From contig MU008231.1 of the NCBI GenBank assembly GCA_010909165.1, forward strand, positions 51,389 to 115,388: 64,000 nucleotides of DNA, given 5' to 3'. This DNA comes from Anthoceros angustus (lineage: Eukaryota > Plantae > Anthocerotophyta). The notes under the pieces were generated by a model. It worked only from the letters and a program-made list of their open reading frames with translations. It was not told the DNA's origin and ran no database searches. Both the position numbers and the translations under genes were made by a program. This document shows, one piece after another, positions 34,626-48,222 of this stretch (positions are counted from its first letter, which is position 1; every line of letters begins with the position of its first letter).

Positions 34626-36995
34626 TGTGGCGTCTCTCCCATACCATCGTTATGCGTTTTGATCACCATAGCAGAACTACAACAAAAGCGTTACATAGGT
34701 AGCAGGTTCCTAAGTAGCAGGACCAGATCCTTGATTTGCGACGGTGGCCTTGTATGAGGAGGCCCAAGCAGGTGAAGACCTCTGCCAAGCGGAGGAGGCG
34801 TGAGGTCGGAGGAGGCTGAGAAAGCAGGCGGGCAGGACCTCGTCGAGGCAGCTCGGCAGGCGGCACCAAGCACAGGAGGCTCGGTGAAAAGGCGGAGGCT
34901 GAAGCCATCGCCAAGGCCGGCCGAGACCACTCTTTGGAGGACGAGGCAGGGGTGGAGAAGCAGCGAGCCTGCGCGGCCAATCTCGGCCAAAGCAGTGAGC
35001 AGCACATGGCCGGGCGGAGAGAAGGAGGCAAGCAAGAGATGGAGGATCTCCGGACCCGGTGGAAAGCGGAGGCGGCGGGGGAAATGGAGGCGCAAGAAAC
35101 TTGAGCTACATCTCCAAGAGAGGTTGGTGCATGGGCCCTCAGTGATCGCGAACCATGGCGGGAGATAGGCGGCTCAGCTGTTTGAGGAGGAGAGTTGGCG
35201 GCGATCGAGAGTTGGACATGGCGAGTTGAAGAAGGAGCTAGAGAAGCCGGGGAGGCCCGGAGGTGCAGCCGCTTTGGAGAGGAGATGGCGGACCTCCGGG
35301 CAAAGATGAACGGAGGAGAGAAGGCTCTGAGAGAGGAGCAAAAGCTGCTTGTCCGATTGCGGAAAGCAGAGGGAGAACAACGCTCCATGGCCAGCAAGCT
35401 GATCGAGCTACAACGACGGAGGGAGGTGGAGCAGGAGGAGCAGCAGCGGAGGCTGCAGGACGTGACGAAGGCCTCCTTGGTGGCCTCACGGGACTCTGCC
35501 CGTCTTGCCATGGTCCGCAAGGAGACGGGCCAATAAGCCGGACAAAGACGCCTGCACCGGTGCCGGAGCACCTCTGGCGAAGGAGTAGGGTGCTCGGCGC
35601 AAGCGTGGAGGAGGCAATCCAATCCGACTCCGACTTTGCCTTCTACCACGCTGGAACTCCTCAAAGCTCACGGAGGTCCCACAACTACTGCTAATCTGGA
35701 CTGACCTCGAGGATCCGGGAGGAGGAGGATGAAGGCCCGAATAGCACGGAGCTTTGTTCGGCCACAGCGGCGGCGGGAAGGGAGCCCGGGGAGGAGGCGG
35801 GACATGGTGGACGCCTTGGAGCGGAGGTAAGTCTTCGCACCCCGCCACTAAGGAAGGGAGGGGGGCCCCGAGAGGGCCATAGAAGGAGAAGCCCTGGAGG
35901 ACTTGGGGCGGCGTGGAGGTCGGTGGGAGGATGGACCCCAGGGAGTCATGAGGGAGAAAAGCAAGGACCCTTGAGACCGGTTTGGACTCCAAAATGAGCG
36001 GACCACAGGTCCGGACCCGAGTCGAGCCGGACCTCGAGGTTCGGACTCATAGGCCGGACCACAGTCCGGACCCAGTCAGGCGGAGTCGGACTCCAATGGC
36101 CGGACCACGGGTCCGGACCCTAGAGCAGGCCGGACCGAGGTCAGGCTCAGAGTCCGGACCACGAGGTCCGGGGCCTCAGGCTCAGTGGACGAGGCCCGGA
36201 CTGGGAGGCAAGGAAAGTCCCCACTGCTCGGAGAGGCAACCTCTTAGGGGCCCTTGGAAGAGCAGGTGAGAAGGTGAGGAGGATTCGGTGGTGGCCAGAG
36301 TGTCGGGGCCATGCATGGTGCTCAACAGACCCAGTCAGGAGGAAGGGCCCGCCTCGCGGATCATCCGTCTGGGGCGCCTGGTCACTGAGGTTGGGCCACA
36401 TGAGAGGTGAAACCAAGGGACTCCAGCCCCTTGGCCAAGCGGAATGGGATAGGAAGGAAATAGTAGGCGTGACTGGGGTATCTGGTGGCTACGGCTCGGA
36501 ATAAATGTAATAAAGCTTAGGCGTGGTATAAGAGAGCGGCTGCTCTAGTAAAGCATCTTCTCTTGGGGAGGATACGCGCTTGCAGACCCTTGTGCGTCTT
36601 CTTGCTAACGTAGTCACGAGTCATGGGCGCCGCGACTCGGAGGCTGAGGTCTTGCCGGACTAGCGTGTGGTGGTGTGCGAGGGTGGACGATTCGAGACCC
36701 TTGCTCATAGCGGTAGCAAGCGTCAGACCGAGACGTAATTCGAACGGGAGGGAGTCACGGGCCGAGCAGGGTGGCCGGCGGAGCAGCCGAGGTCGAACCA
36801 AGACCACCCACCTTTTCCAATAAGCGTGGTAAGTGGTGAGGAGGTCGGACTAGGCAGGCTGTGGTGGAGTGTGCGGTAGCAGGTCATAAGCGTTTAGCCA
36901 CTTGATCGGGGTCTTCGATAGTTAGCGTAGATGTGAATAAAGCGTTTGAGTCGGAAGCAGTGCAGCGTTGAGGTGAAAGCGGTTGGGCCTTAAGC
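34626..36995 (+). mobile_element. Solo LTR of family X/Y, main part (internally deleted); completed by 53254-53332
   Basis: Begins TGTGGCG; coiled-coil ORF pieces (34800-35694, PVPEHLWR); the reverse complement of 36500-36620 matches 28240-28340 (ACGTTAGCA.GAAGAC.CACAAGG, CCAAGAGAAGATG, CTCTTATAC). Confidence 0.65.
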
Positions 36996-39900
36996 TGTGG
37001 TAGGGAGGATCCGGGCGCTCCGAGGTCCTCCACTATAAGCGGCCACTTATCCACTTTAAGCCGTGCGTTGGGTTTCGTCCCATGAGACTTGTGTGAAAGT
37101 TCGAGGCCTTGTGGTCGCTGCACACTTCGGCCTTCTCAACAAGCAAGGCGCCCTCTACTCTCCCTCTCACGGCAGTGCACCACTTGCTTGAAAAATCGCC
37201 TCGACCCACAGCGACCACAATTGGGTCCTGCCTCGGACAAGAGCCTACAGGCGGGGACCCCAGTTCACACCGATTTGTCCCTACTTCTAAGACCAAACTT
37301 GACCTACACGACACAGGTCACGCCTCGGCCAGAGCCTGGCGCCGGGGACCCCCCAGTTCACACCGCGATTTCGTCCCTACTTCTAAGACCTACTCTTCTC
37401 CACTCGGGGGCTCTCGTTTACTTGATTTGGGATTCGTCCTTAGGCTCTGCACAGCCTTCCACTAACACCTACACCTCTAATCCTCTACTCATCTTCTCAT
37501 CTCCTCATCCTCTTCCTCCTAGTCTAACCTCGATTCGGGCTTCTTGGTTTATTTCGCCCTTACCTGTTGCACAGGGTCGCCTCCACCGGCAAGTTCTTCC
37601 TTGGGCGGTTGCTATGAGTTTGACACGGGACGAGAACCTCGAGTCTTTCCTGAGTCTACCCTCAAGCAGAGTTCTCTGGGCATTTGCCACACACCCAAAG
37701 CAAAGCAATTTCACAGCAACCATTCACAACTCGTTTAGGCACTTGCAGCAAGTCCTCCACCAAACACTCAAACCCATTTCCTCTCTACAGATGTGTTGGC
37801 TCCACGGACGAAATTCCTCTGTGGCAAAGGACTCGGTGGGCGTGGGGCAAGACATGATACTTTACTTTGTGAAATCCTCCTCCTCTTATAGGAGGCCTTC
37901 ACATACAACCTCCCTTGGGTGACCCTCTGCGGTCACCTTTTCCAATTCTATTATTTCCTACACTTGACATTTAATGTACGGCACCTAAATCTATTATGCA
38001 TTTCTTGGTAAATCTATTCTAACTTCACTAAGTCTATCCTCGAAGGATGTGATTACATCACTGTCCTTCCTATTCTTCTACCTAGCATTTATGGCCCTTG
38101 ACCATATCTAGTCTTCACCTATTTGGTAGGGGGACATGTCGTGGTGGATTGGCTCCCTCGCCCTCCTTGCTCTTGCCCTTCCCGTCGCTTCCTAATGTGG
38201 GCAAGTACAATCACCCCTTCCTCCATCTCATGGGCGGCGTCTGGATTCCTCGGCCCTCCGCGCTTCCCCGCGCACCTAGCGCCCCGCCTCTCTCGTCGCC
38301 TTCGCGCATCATCGCACCCTACCCGGTGATGCGGACTACGGTGGTGACTTCATGGTAGTCGGCCTACTCCTTCTTCCTTCTTTCCCCTTCTCATCGGTGA
38401 GGTTCTTGGTCGGGATCTTCATTGCTCTTTGCCTTTTGGTTGTCCATACCTATCATAGAGCACCCCTTCATCCCCATCCCACCATGTGATTTTGCCTAAT
38501 CTCTCCGGGCCCTTTTTCGTTGGACTCCTCCTCGGGTCCGGTTCCTCCCTTACTTGGGATAAGTTCCTCACCCCTTCCTCCTCCGGTGACCGTCCTTAGT
38601 TTCCCGGTGGGGTTGTCTCTCCCACCACCCAGTGCTCCTTGGGTATACTTCTGCCCGGCCTTTTCCATCTTGATTGGGCCGTCCCAACTCCCCAAGCTAG
38701 TGCCGCGGGCACCTACCCGGTGATGGCGGACTAGGCGTGGTGTCTCCCCCAGTGGTCAGCGGACTACGTGGTGGTGTGGCCTCAGGGAGGGTGATGCTCC
38801 TCTCCCTCTCGCGCCGTCTCCCTCTGGCGTCGCGGTGCTCCTTCACCTCGACTCCTCAGTTCCTCGGAGTCCATTTCTGATGGCCTCATCAAAATCGGAG
38901 GCCTCTGGCTGCACTTGTTCGCTCCCTTTCATCATCATGAGGACCCAATGTCCTCCTCTTGGCCAAGTAAGACTTCGTTGTTGGCCTTCGATCTGTTGTG
39001 GAGGTGAGCCCCAAGTTGTGATATGCATTTGGAGATCATCAATCTCGTGGGCCACTCTCCATCTTCGCACCTACCTTGTAGGCATCTCTTGAGGTGGTTA
39101 ATTCTCCCACCACATGGAGGTTACATTCTCCTCCCTCACTTCCTGGCTGGCCAATTTTGCACGAAGGGCATAATGCAAAATCGCCGCTTCCTACTACGGC
39201 ATTCATGCCCTTCTTGTGGCGCTCCTCCTCTGAGACCTCCTTTGTTCCAGTCTCTAATTGCAAGCCCCTCTTTCTCGCTTGCCAAGCATCTTTCGCTCCG
39301 ACTCACGGTCTTGTGCTTCTCGCTCCTCCTCTTATTGTCGGTCCTTCTCAACTCCTCTCCCATATCCGGATTTTGATAGCTTAGTAGCCATCACCTCTTC
39401 GGCCACTTCTTTGAGTTGCACCTTCTCCTTTCCTAGTGCCTCATTGCTTTTCCTTTCTTGCTCTAATTGGGCAAAATGCTCTTCCGCCTTTTGCCTCCAA
39501 GAATCCTTTTTGTTGCGAATGGCTCTTTCTTGACTTGTGACAACTTCCCTCAGGGGCTTCTCCTGCTCTATGAGGTGTGGAGCTTCTCCTGACCTTTTCC
39601 AATTTGGCTGCCTTTTCATCGGACTCCATGGCTCCAATTGCCCATTTGGTCCACCTTCTTAGGCCATGTCTTGAGATTTCACTTCCTCTTGGCATGCCCA
39701 GGCTGCTGGGTCCTAGCCCCTTCAAATCCACAGTGAGTGCTTCACAAGCTGCAATTCTCCTAGGGGTCCTAATTCCACCTCCTGTCTTCTTCTTTGAAAT
39801 TTCCAGCTCTCACTGCCCACCGGGCCATCGGCGTGTGAGTCCCTTCACTGTCGCTCCATCCGCTCTCCCAGTAGCGGAGATGGTGGCCTCGGCCGCTCGG

Positions 39901-41928
39901 CACCTCGTTGCTTCTCCTTCCACCTAGTGTGCTGGCGGCGTGGGGTGCCACCCCAGTGGTGCTCCCCGTGATGCGCCTACCTACCATGGTGGTGGCGCCT
40001 ACCAGTGGTGCCCACCCCTTGGGTGGCGCCTCCCTAAGGAGTGAGGGGTGCCTCTCTCGTAGGCACAAAGGAGATGGTGGGGACTCCCCACTCGGTCACC
40101 CCTCCATGGTCCTTCTCTCATAGACCACCATTCGGCCTTCCTCGGCCCCTCTTCTCCTTGCTTGCTCACAGTGGAAAGATTCCCACTCCGGCAACCTTGT
40201 TGCCTCCGCATCTTCTCCTCTTGCTTCTAGCATGCTTGTGGAGTCGACCTCCCACCGTCTTCCTGCAAAGGCAAAGGCCTTTCCAACCTCGGTGGAGTGG
40301 ATGACCTCAAAGGGATGCCATGCATCTTCAAGCTCCTTGCTTGTGAGAGTCCCTCGGTTTCCCATAAATGCACCAAATAGGTGCTAAGATAGCAGGGCCT
40401 TCCTCATCCACGAATTTGGCTTGAGGAGCTTCTCGGTGGTGGATGTAGGCCTCATACATATAGTCCCCAATCCCGGCTTGGCTCCCATGGAAATCTTCCA
40501 CAAAATTGGAGGAAGTTGGTCTTTGAAATAAAGTGGTAATTTACCAACCCAGCACAATCTTTGCGAAGAGCCTCCACTTGACTCCTTGATGCTCTCGGCG
40601 TGGGGACTCCTCCCCATCATGTCGAGGAACTCTGCGGGATGTCGAGGAGATGTCCTCTTCCTCCATTCGACCTTTCGAGAGCAATTCCGAGCTCTCTTCC
40701 TCCGGTCTTCCATACACGAGAATGCTTCTTCCAACGGTGGATCCGTTCGCATTCCTTCCGGTAGCAGGCGCCGATTGATGGAGGTTGATGTAACACTCCT
40801 CAATCAATTCCAAATTGGTGTAGGCCCATTGGCGGCCATACACCCATCCTAGTGGATGTTCTCCTCCTCGCCTTTGCAGAAAATCAACCAAATCTCGGGG
40901 TTGGCTGCCAAGCAAGTGAATTGGCATTAGCTCACCTCCTCTGGCCTTGCGCTTTCTTTCCTTTCCTCTCGAGGAGAGCCTTTGCACGGCTCCTTCCTTG
41001 CCTTTCCTCGAGGCATGGCGTCTTCCAAGTGTTTTAAAGGAGAATTACCCAATTTGCAGAGCTCAGCTTCTCTTCAAACACTTCTCCTTGTAACACTTCA
41101 CTGCGGCCACACGTTAGCCACAGAATTTTTCTGCGATTCCTCTCTCCGTGGTCCTTCTTCGTGGCCACCAATTCTCGCTCTTCACTTCAATTCTTACCAC
41201 AGTGTGTTGTTTCTTGGCGCTCACACTTCCTCTCGGTGGCTGCGTGAGCTCCCCTTCTTGCACTCGCTTTTCCTTCCACCTTCTCTCCGCCTCTTTTGGG
41301 TTTTCCTCTCGATGGCCTTTGCGCACGCCTCCTTGCTCGTGGCGATGGCGCGCTTCTCGCGGCGATGGCGGCTTCCTTCCTTTTGCGCTCCAACGCTCCG
41401 GCTCCGGCTCTTGTTCTTCGAAGTGGAAGCGGCGCAAAGCGCACCCCTCCTTGGATGCCACTGGCGGCACAACCCTAGATTGGATTCATCATTCCAAAAT
41501 CCTAATTCTATCTAAACTACCTATTTTCCTATCTCGCTATCCTAATTAACGCTTTCTAATTACTCTATATATTTATTCCCTATTGGTGAGCATATATAGT
41601 GGATATCCCCCTCTATTCTAAATTTCCTTTTGGCGAGATTTGTCGACGCGGTAGTCACTTGACCACAGTAGTCGCTTCCCTTCTCCTACGGCGTGGTGTG
41701 GCACCTACGGTGGTATGCGACCTACCTTGCCCTCCGCGCCTCATGCGTCGTTTCGACCGTTCTTCTTCTGGGATATCCTTTTGCCTTCCTAACAATATCC
41801 TACAACTCCGACTTCAAGATTCTCGAGAAAATTTCTTGGCATGCTCCTCTTCAATCGTTCTTAGCCAAAAAAAATCAAACTTGTTTGTCTTGCTCTTTTG
41901 GGCTGGTTGCCCAAACTTTTGCGTTCCA
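36996..41928 (-). repeat. 3' LTR (4933 bp)
   Basis: Minus strand starts TGGAACG directly after the PPT and ends CCCTACCACA. Confidence 0.88.
38400..41470 (-). pseudogene. LTR-internal accessory ORF (Athila ORF2 / Transposase_32-like plus coiled-coil), frameshifted; second copy at ~49680-52812
   Basis: MPPVASKEG..., TNLELIEECYINL (cf. ELVREFYANL), GVKWRLFAK, YLVHLWETEGL, coiled-coil KAEEHFAQLEQERK; the end is approximate. Confidence 0.6.
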
Positions 41929-41941
41929 TACTCCCCACCTC
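41929..41941 (-). other. Polypurine tract
   Basis: Minus strand GAGGTGGGGAGTA between the end of integrase and the LTR TG. Confidence 0.85.
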
Positions 41942-44900
41942 ATCTGTTTGCGTCCTCGAGCAGTACTCGGTGGAGGTACTTCTTGACCTTCCACCCATTG
42001 ACTCTGGTGGCGGTGATTCCGCCCAATACCCGAGTTACGGATCCATTCTGTATCTGCGACCACCTCGTAAGGTCCCATCCATCTCGGCTGAGCTTCCTGG
42101 AAAGTCTATCATATAGAAGAACCAAATCCCGTCCACGATAGTCTCTTGCTTCCTAACTTCCCATCATGCGATCTTTTACGAGTTCACGAATCCAGTGTTT
42201 CTTCTAAAGCATCCTCCCTATGCTCCTCTGCTCTATGAAGCTTCTAACCTAGCTACGACTATCCTCTCGGTCCGTTCATCCTCCATGATCCTGGGTAGGT
42301 ACTTCAAATTCCACGGGCATCACAGACATACCATATGTTAAATAAGGTGTCTTCTTTGTGGTTATCTTCTCATGATCCTGTAGGCCCACAATGTGAGTGC
42401 AACTTAGCATCCCAATCATACATGTGTCACCGGTTACCTTGGTGAGGATTGTGCGAGCAACCCATTCGTCTTCTCCATCGGTCCTGCCTTTGGGTTGTGA
42501 GTCGTCTTCGATGCGATGTTGAAGTAGGTGGTTAGGGACTCAAACCGAGTTGAGGAAATGTGTCCCCGGTCGTGACCAACTCTAAAGGACATCCATACCT
42601 CGTTATGATGTTCTCGAATAAAAATTTGCTGCGTCGTCATCCTTCCTCGTCGCTTCCACCATCTTTGTACAATAGTCCGTGGCCACCAAAATGTCGCTTC
42701 TTAGTCCATTGCGTTGGTGGTTTGATCGGTCCTGATCGATTCCCCACTTCTCGAAGGTGCTGGTAAGATGTAGGTAAGAGGCCATTGTGTCGAAAACGTG
42801 GGCCGTCCAACCCTCGACGCGTCACACCTCCGGTGAACTCCCACATCCTTTTGCATAGCCCACGAACCCGGCATTCAAAATCTTCTTAACGGTCACTGCG
42901 AATAGTGTCCACCCCTCTTACGCATGTAATGCCTGTGAAGCTTCTTCAGCGGAGGCATCCGGATCGTCGGACCTTGTTTGCAGGACACCCGCCCTCAGCG
43001 ATGGCGAGGCTTTATGGAGAAAGGCTCGCCCCTCCACGGACAACCCCATGGGCATGCTCCGAGTGCGTACCTCCCATTCAGCGGATATCTGGGCACGAAC
43101 GCCCCTCGCGTTCAATCTCCTCCTCCCGGGCGTACCACGTCGCCTCACGCTAGCTCGTCCGGTGGCGGCCCCAAGTGGCGTGGATCTATCCGTAAATCCG
43201 CCGCCTCCTTGCTTCTCCTAGGTTCACATACGGGTTGCGGCTCGCATACTCCTTTCCGATGGGCCGACTTCTTCCGGCTGGCCTCACGTCTTGGCCCTGA
43301 CCCCATGGTCGCCTCATGGGTGATTTCCCATGATCACCGCCATTTCCTTCTCCTGCTTTTCTTCAAGCTTGTCATGGGATGCATCTCCTTCCTGGCCAAC
43401 TCGTGGCCTCCACTTGCAGTGCTCTGCTCACCCTTGAGGAGCATTTGGTCTCCTCCTCGCGGCTGGCGCGCTCTCCCCCCTCCGGATCTCCAGTTGTCCT
43501 GCTGCGCTTTCACACTGGCGTTCCCTTCTTGCTCACTTGGCCTCTCTTCGCAACAAGACTTGCTGATCACTTCTTAGGCCGTCTTCATGCTCGTGTCCTC
43601 TCCTTGACCAGTCGTGGCGACCAACTCCTCGTCGAAATCGGTCGTCTGCCTCAAGTCGCTCTCCGGTTTCGGGGAGAAATGAAATCATTACGATGTTGCT
43701 TTCCAGCGGTTTCGTCGTAGTCAAACTCTTGCAGCGTACCCACGGCAATCCTTCGACAAATCGCGGTTGACAAGATACTTCAGCAAAATGGTCAACATGA
43801 AGCGTCACCTTGCAAGCAAGCGGATAGTGTCTAAACTTCTTACGAGTAAATGATACCAAGACCCTCCGCTCCGTGGTTGAGTAGTTCTTTTCGTCAGTGA
43901 GTCTACAGCATAGAAAATCGGATGGTCCGTTTCTTCTCGTCCTTCGGCTTAAGGCGGTCCCAATAGCATGGCGGACACATCGTATACATGAACGGTTTTC
44001 CCAATCGGTGGTTTTGCGTTGGCGCTCACCAAAGCATCCTTCAAGCTGAAAAGCCTCCACTCGCGTTGTCCATTCGAAGGTGTATCCTTGGTCAATTGTG
44101 TCAACAAATGCCTTCTTGGCGAAATCCTTGATGAACCTCACTATACCCCACTACAAAAGCACGCTTTTGCCTCTGCGTTTGTGGTCGTCCATCTCTATAT
44201 GCTACCTTCTCCTTATCTACACAATCCTCGCTCGAAACTCGATGTGCCAGAATCTGTCATACCAAAATAACACTTCCACGGATGAAGTTTCATGTTCGAT
44301 TCTGCATCTCTGGAAACATTGTCTTAAATGATCTAGATGCAGTTCCTCCGAACACAATCATCTAGGAATACTTCCATGAACTTAGTAAGAAATCTCGGAA
44401 TATAGCGTTCACCACTCGTTGAAAGTGGCGGGGCGTTACAAGAAGGGCAGCTTGGAATAAGCGTGGTTCCCCAATCGGTTGTGAGCGTGTCTTATCTGAT
44501 CCTCCTTCCTCAGCGAAATCGGTAACGTACCCATCCGAGCATACATTTCATCTATACACTGTCCATGAAAGGCAAGGTGATGGTCCTTCTTCGTTGCTTC
44601 ATTTTTGACACACCTTTCCTTTGCTTCTTGGGTACAATTCGATGGGGACTCCACCTTGGATAAATCACCCTCAAGTATTGGTCGATTGATCCTTAACAAC
44701 CATGGAATACTTGGGATTGATGTGCTTGATCCTACGGTGTCTGCCCTCCTTCAAATCAATTCGATGTATCCCAGTTCCTCAAATTCCTGTCATATGTAAT
44801 CTTGAAGGCAAACACATCGACATACTCCTAAGCACTGAAACTCTTCCTACACACCTAGATACCTAGAAACCTTGACTACCTTGGGTTCTAACTCTAAGTC

Positions 44901-47900
44901 CTCCACGGGATCTACATAGTTCCTTGGTGCTGCCTATCTTGGTTCGGATCCCTCTTAGGAAAGTCTCTCATAAGCTTTGCCCTTCCAAAAGGCTACTCCT
45001 TCTATGGGCCTCATCCTCGGATTCTTCTATGACTTCCTCTATATAGCAGTATACCAAATCACTCTTTATTTGACCTGAGGACCCCGATATGATCCTTTGG
45101 GAGCTTACCCCGTGCTACGAGGTGTACCGTCGGGGTTGCAGACTCCCCTCATAAGGAGCCTTACTCCATGACACGCAATCGCCAGTCCGTTATCTTGGAC
45201 TTGAAGGTGATGCCACTCGACCAAAATCAAAAACACACGCCATACAACCAAGGCCTACCTATCAAAACCTTATAGCCTAGATCCGAAAGCGCATCACAAT
45301 GTAGGTAAGATGGAAGGTGAGTCCCCAATTCCAGTGGGCACGTCCTTGCACCCCTAGTGGCTTTCTCCTTGCAGTCGGCCATCGTAAAAATACTCGGGCG
45401 GGTGAAACTCGGTGAACCCAGTTGATGAGCCGTCTCCTCCGTCAAGTTGACTCGATCCGAATCTAATGGCACGTCGGGCACCAAACACCCGCAATTTCAA
45501 CCTCAATCTCGGGTGCCCCAAATCAATGAGTTCGACCACATTTACCTCCGGCGCTTTCTCCCTCCTACTCGTTCCCTGATCGCCTCCTTCACAATTTTGC
45601 GGGATCTCGGACTCACAACAAGCATCTCGGTGACCACAAATTCGCGGTCAAGTAGCGTCGGCCCGGAGATTTTATCGACAAGGTTTCCTCCCGCTTGCAG
45701 CCAGCTGTCGACTCCGACCTTATTGGTAAAGCTTCGATTCCATGATCCCTCCTATCGGTTGGGACCCATACGGCGGATCAATAATTTTACGGTTCCGTGT
45801 CGGGAGCTGTTTAGCTCATCTTCCGGCATTCGCTACTTCTCGGTGATGTCGGGAGGAAGCGTGGTTCGTTCCTCCTCTCCTTGGCCTGCTTGGCCAGCGG
45901 GTGAGCAGCAAGTCTACTTTGGTGGGCTGCTCCCCTCCTCCTCACGCTTGGCGCCGCGTCTCGGAGGCCAGGTGAGTCGTCCTCACCTTCCTTCCTTTCC
46001 TCATTCCGTTTTTTTACCTCGGCCTTCTCCCTCGGTGGTCACCTTGGCCACCATCAATCCTTCATCCGCACTCATCTCTCCTTCATACCCCTCTTCCACG
46101 ATCCACGATGTCTGCCCGGATCCGTCGAGGAATCATACTCCGCCTCCACCTTGACCGGTGTCGTGGTCACAGTGATCGCGGTTTGAGTTGGGCCTTGCCT
46201 CCTCTACCAGTTCGCCGTCGACCCTGGTGTGGTGCCACTCGCGTCACCCCAGGATCCCCATTTTATGTCCCCAATTCCTTGCACTTGACAAAGGGTACAT
46301 AGCCCACTTGTTTTCGTGGTTACGGACATTCATTTGAGTAGTGACGGTGCTCCATATTGTAACAACACCTGTGGAATCGCCATCGGCCTCTGCGATGGAT
46401 CGTCTCCATGGTCTGGCGATGTCGGTCGATCCATACCTCGAGGGGGTGTAGTCGGTTGGTAAGTCGCCCTCATGGATTGAGGTGGCCGACTTCGGTGACG
46501 CTTGATAAGCTTCATCCACATACCAATAGTCCCGGCATGCGGTTTCCACATGGTTTACGCGCGTGGTGCCGCGAATACATTCCGGTTGGTGTGTCCCGTT
46601 TGATGACAAATTGAGCAATACACCAAGCGCGCCTTGCGGTGAGGAGACCGTGGAGCTTGATTCTTCACGCTTGACCTCTGGTCAATCTTTTGGTCAAAGC
46701 CTCCACTTGTCCATCCTCCCTGCTGCAGGCGTTTCTCCTCCTCCATCCGACGGACCGTCTTCCCTTCCTCTCCTTCTCCGGCGTTCGCTTCTTCCTCTTG
46801 TCGTTTGACCTTCTCCGGGTCCTTCTTTATTCGCCGTTCGTAGGCCTTTTCGATTCCTCATCCGATGTGGAGCTTTCTTGAGTTCCGCTATCCTCGCTTC
46901 GATGAGGGCGGGGTAGCTGGAGGAGGTGGGAAAGGCGAGCTAGATCTCTCGATCCTTTCCTCTTCTTATGACTTCGCCTCTTCTTCTTCTCCTCCTAACT
47001 CGGCGGACTCCCATTCCTCGGCGGAGGCCCCTTAACGTCTTCGTCCACGCTGCGGTGTACCTCCATTTTCGAGACAAGCCACTCACAAACCAATCCAGCG
47101 CTTGCTCTTGAGTACCAGGTGGGTGGATCCCCTCTCGGGTGCACATTTGAACTCGATCCGGATCCGTAAAACCTCTCCACATAATCAAACAAAGATTCTC
47201 GTTTCTTCCCTGAAGGGTTCTCAACTTTGCTAAAGTGTGGTGTGCATGAGCCCTCCCGATTGAAGGCTTTGAGCTTCCCAATCGTGGCGAATTATAGTGC
47301 GACCATACCCTTATGCATGCCTCTCGGCGATCCGGAAAAATCGTGGTCGATCGGCGTCTCCATCCTCCAAGTTAGCGTGGGAGACATGCTCAAAGTTCTT
47401 ACGCCTCGCATCATCTCCCTTCTTCTTCTCGAATTTGGCGTATTCTTGGCGACTATGAAGTTAGGCGGTCCTCCTCCTCCACCAACTCCACTCATGTTGC
47501 TCGGTAGTGTCCTGGACCAACACTCCTCTCGCCGGGTAACGAAACAAATCGGGATCCTTGAGGAGTAGCGACCTCCCCTCTAGTTCGTCCCAAAGATCAA
47601 TCGACGCGATTCGATCGAGTCGTTCAAAATCCTCCGACCAACTTCCCGCTCACGGCGACCTCGTCGCTCGATTCGTGGAGATGAGGTGGTGTCACCGCTT
47701 TGAGAAGCAAAGCGTCGCGGGCGTTCGCGGCGGTGTAACTCGTGCTCGGAGGCGCGACCCTTCCTAAATCCGGTCACCGACTTCTCTTCTACCTCCTCCT
47801 TCCTCTCGCCGGTGATCTCGCCTCTTCCTCCTCCACTTTTATCAGCCGTTCCGCACCTCTCGCCTTGAGGCGACTTCTTCCGTGCTCGCTCTACTTCCTC

Positions 47901-47950
47901 CCGCTGCCCTCGAGTGGCGGCGGTGGTCTCTTCCATGATTTCTTCCAAGG
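41940..47950 (-). pseudogene. gag-pol of the Athila-like element (zinc knuckle, protease, RT, RNase H, integrase, GPY/F), frameshifted
   Basis: CSICHQTGH (~46600), VLIGRPWL (~45250), RT ~44100-44750, RNase H ..YSTTERRVL..KKFRHY.. (~43850), integrase PKAGPMEKTNG (~42470), GPYEVV and RVNGWKVKKY near the end. Confidence 0.9.
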
Positions 47951-48203
47951 CTCGTAAATCTCTTGCGATGTGGTGGTGACCTTCGTGTATCTCCCTAGAT
48001 CGACCCTATCGACATACGCAACCATCCTCATGTCCTCCAACCCACGTGTTAAGAAGGAAGCAAACCACACCCCTCTAGTGTCTCAACCATTCACCCGATG
48101 ACAACTAAAAGTGATTCTTCCTCACAACACATGGTCGACCTCGGTCCCTTCTCAAGCATGCTCTGACCTAGCGATGGAAACCACAAAACTTCAACCTTTC
48201 AAG

Positions 48204-48218
48204 TCCCCGGCAGCGCCA
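48204..48218 (-). other. Primer-binding site, tRNA-Asp-like
   Basis: Minus strand TGGCGCTGCCGGGGA, 4 nt after the LTR end; it resembles the Athila PBS TGGCGCCGTTGCCGGGGA with a 3-nt deletion. Confidence 0.75.
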
Positions 48219-48222
48219 AAAA

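Noticed and set aside
34663-35664. 333-aa minus-strand ORF
   Set aside because: Antisense shadow of the coiled-coil ORF in LTR X.
37250-37395. Duplicated ~45-bp unit (GGGGACCCCCAGTTCACAC..CCCTACTTCTAAGACC) as a CRISPR-like array
   Set aside because: Only two copies inside a eukaryotic LTR; also duplicated at 48485-48620 and single at 23440-23485; an ordinary subfamily marker.
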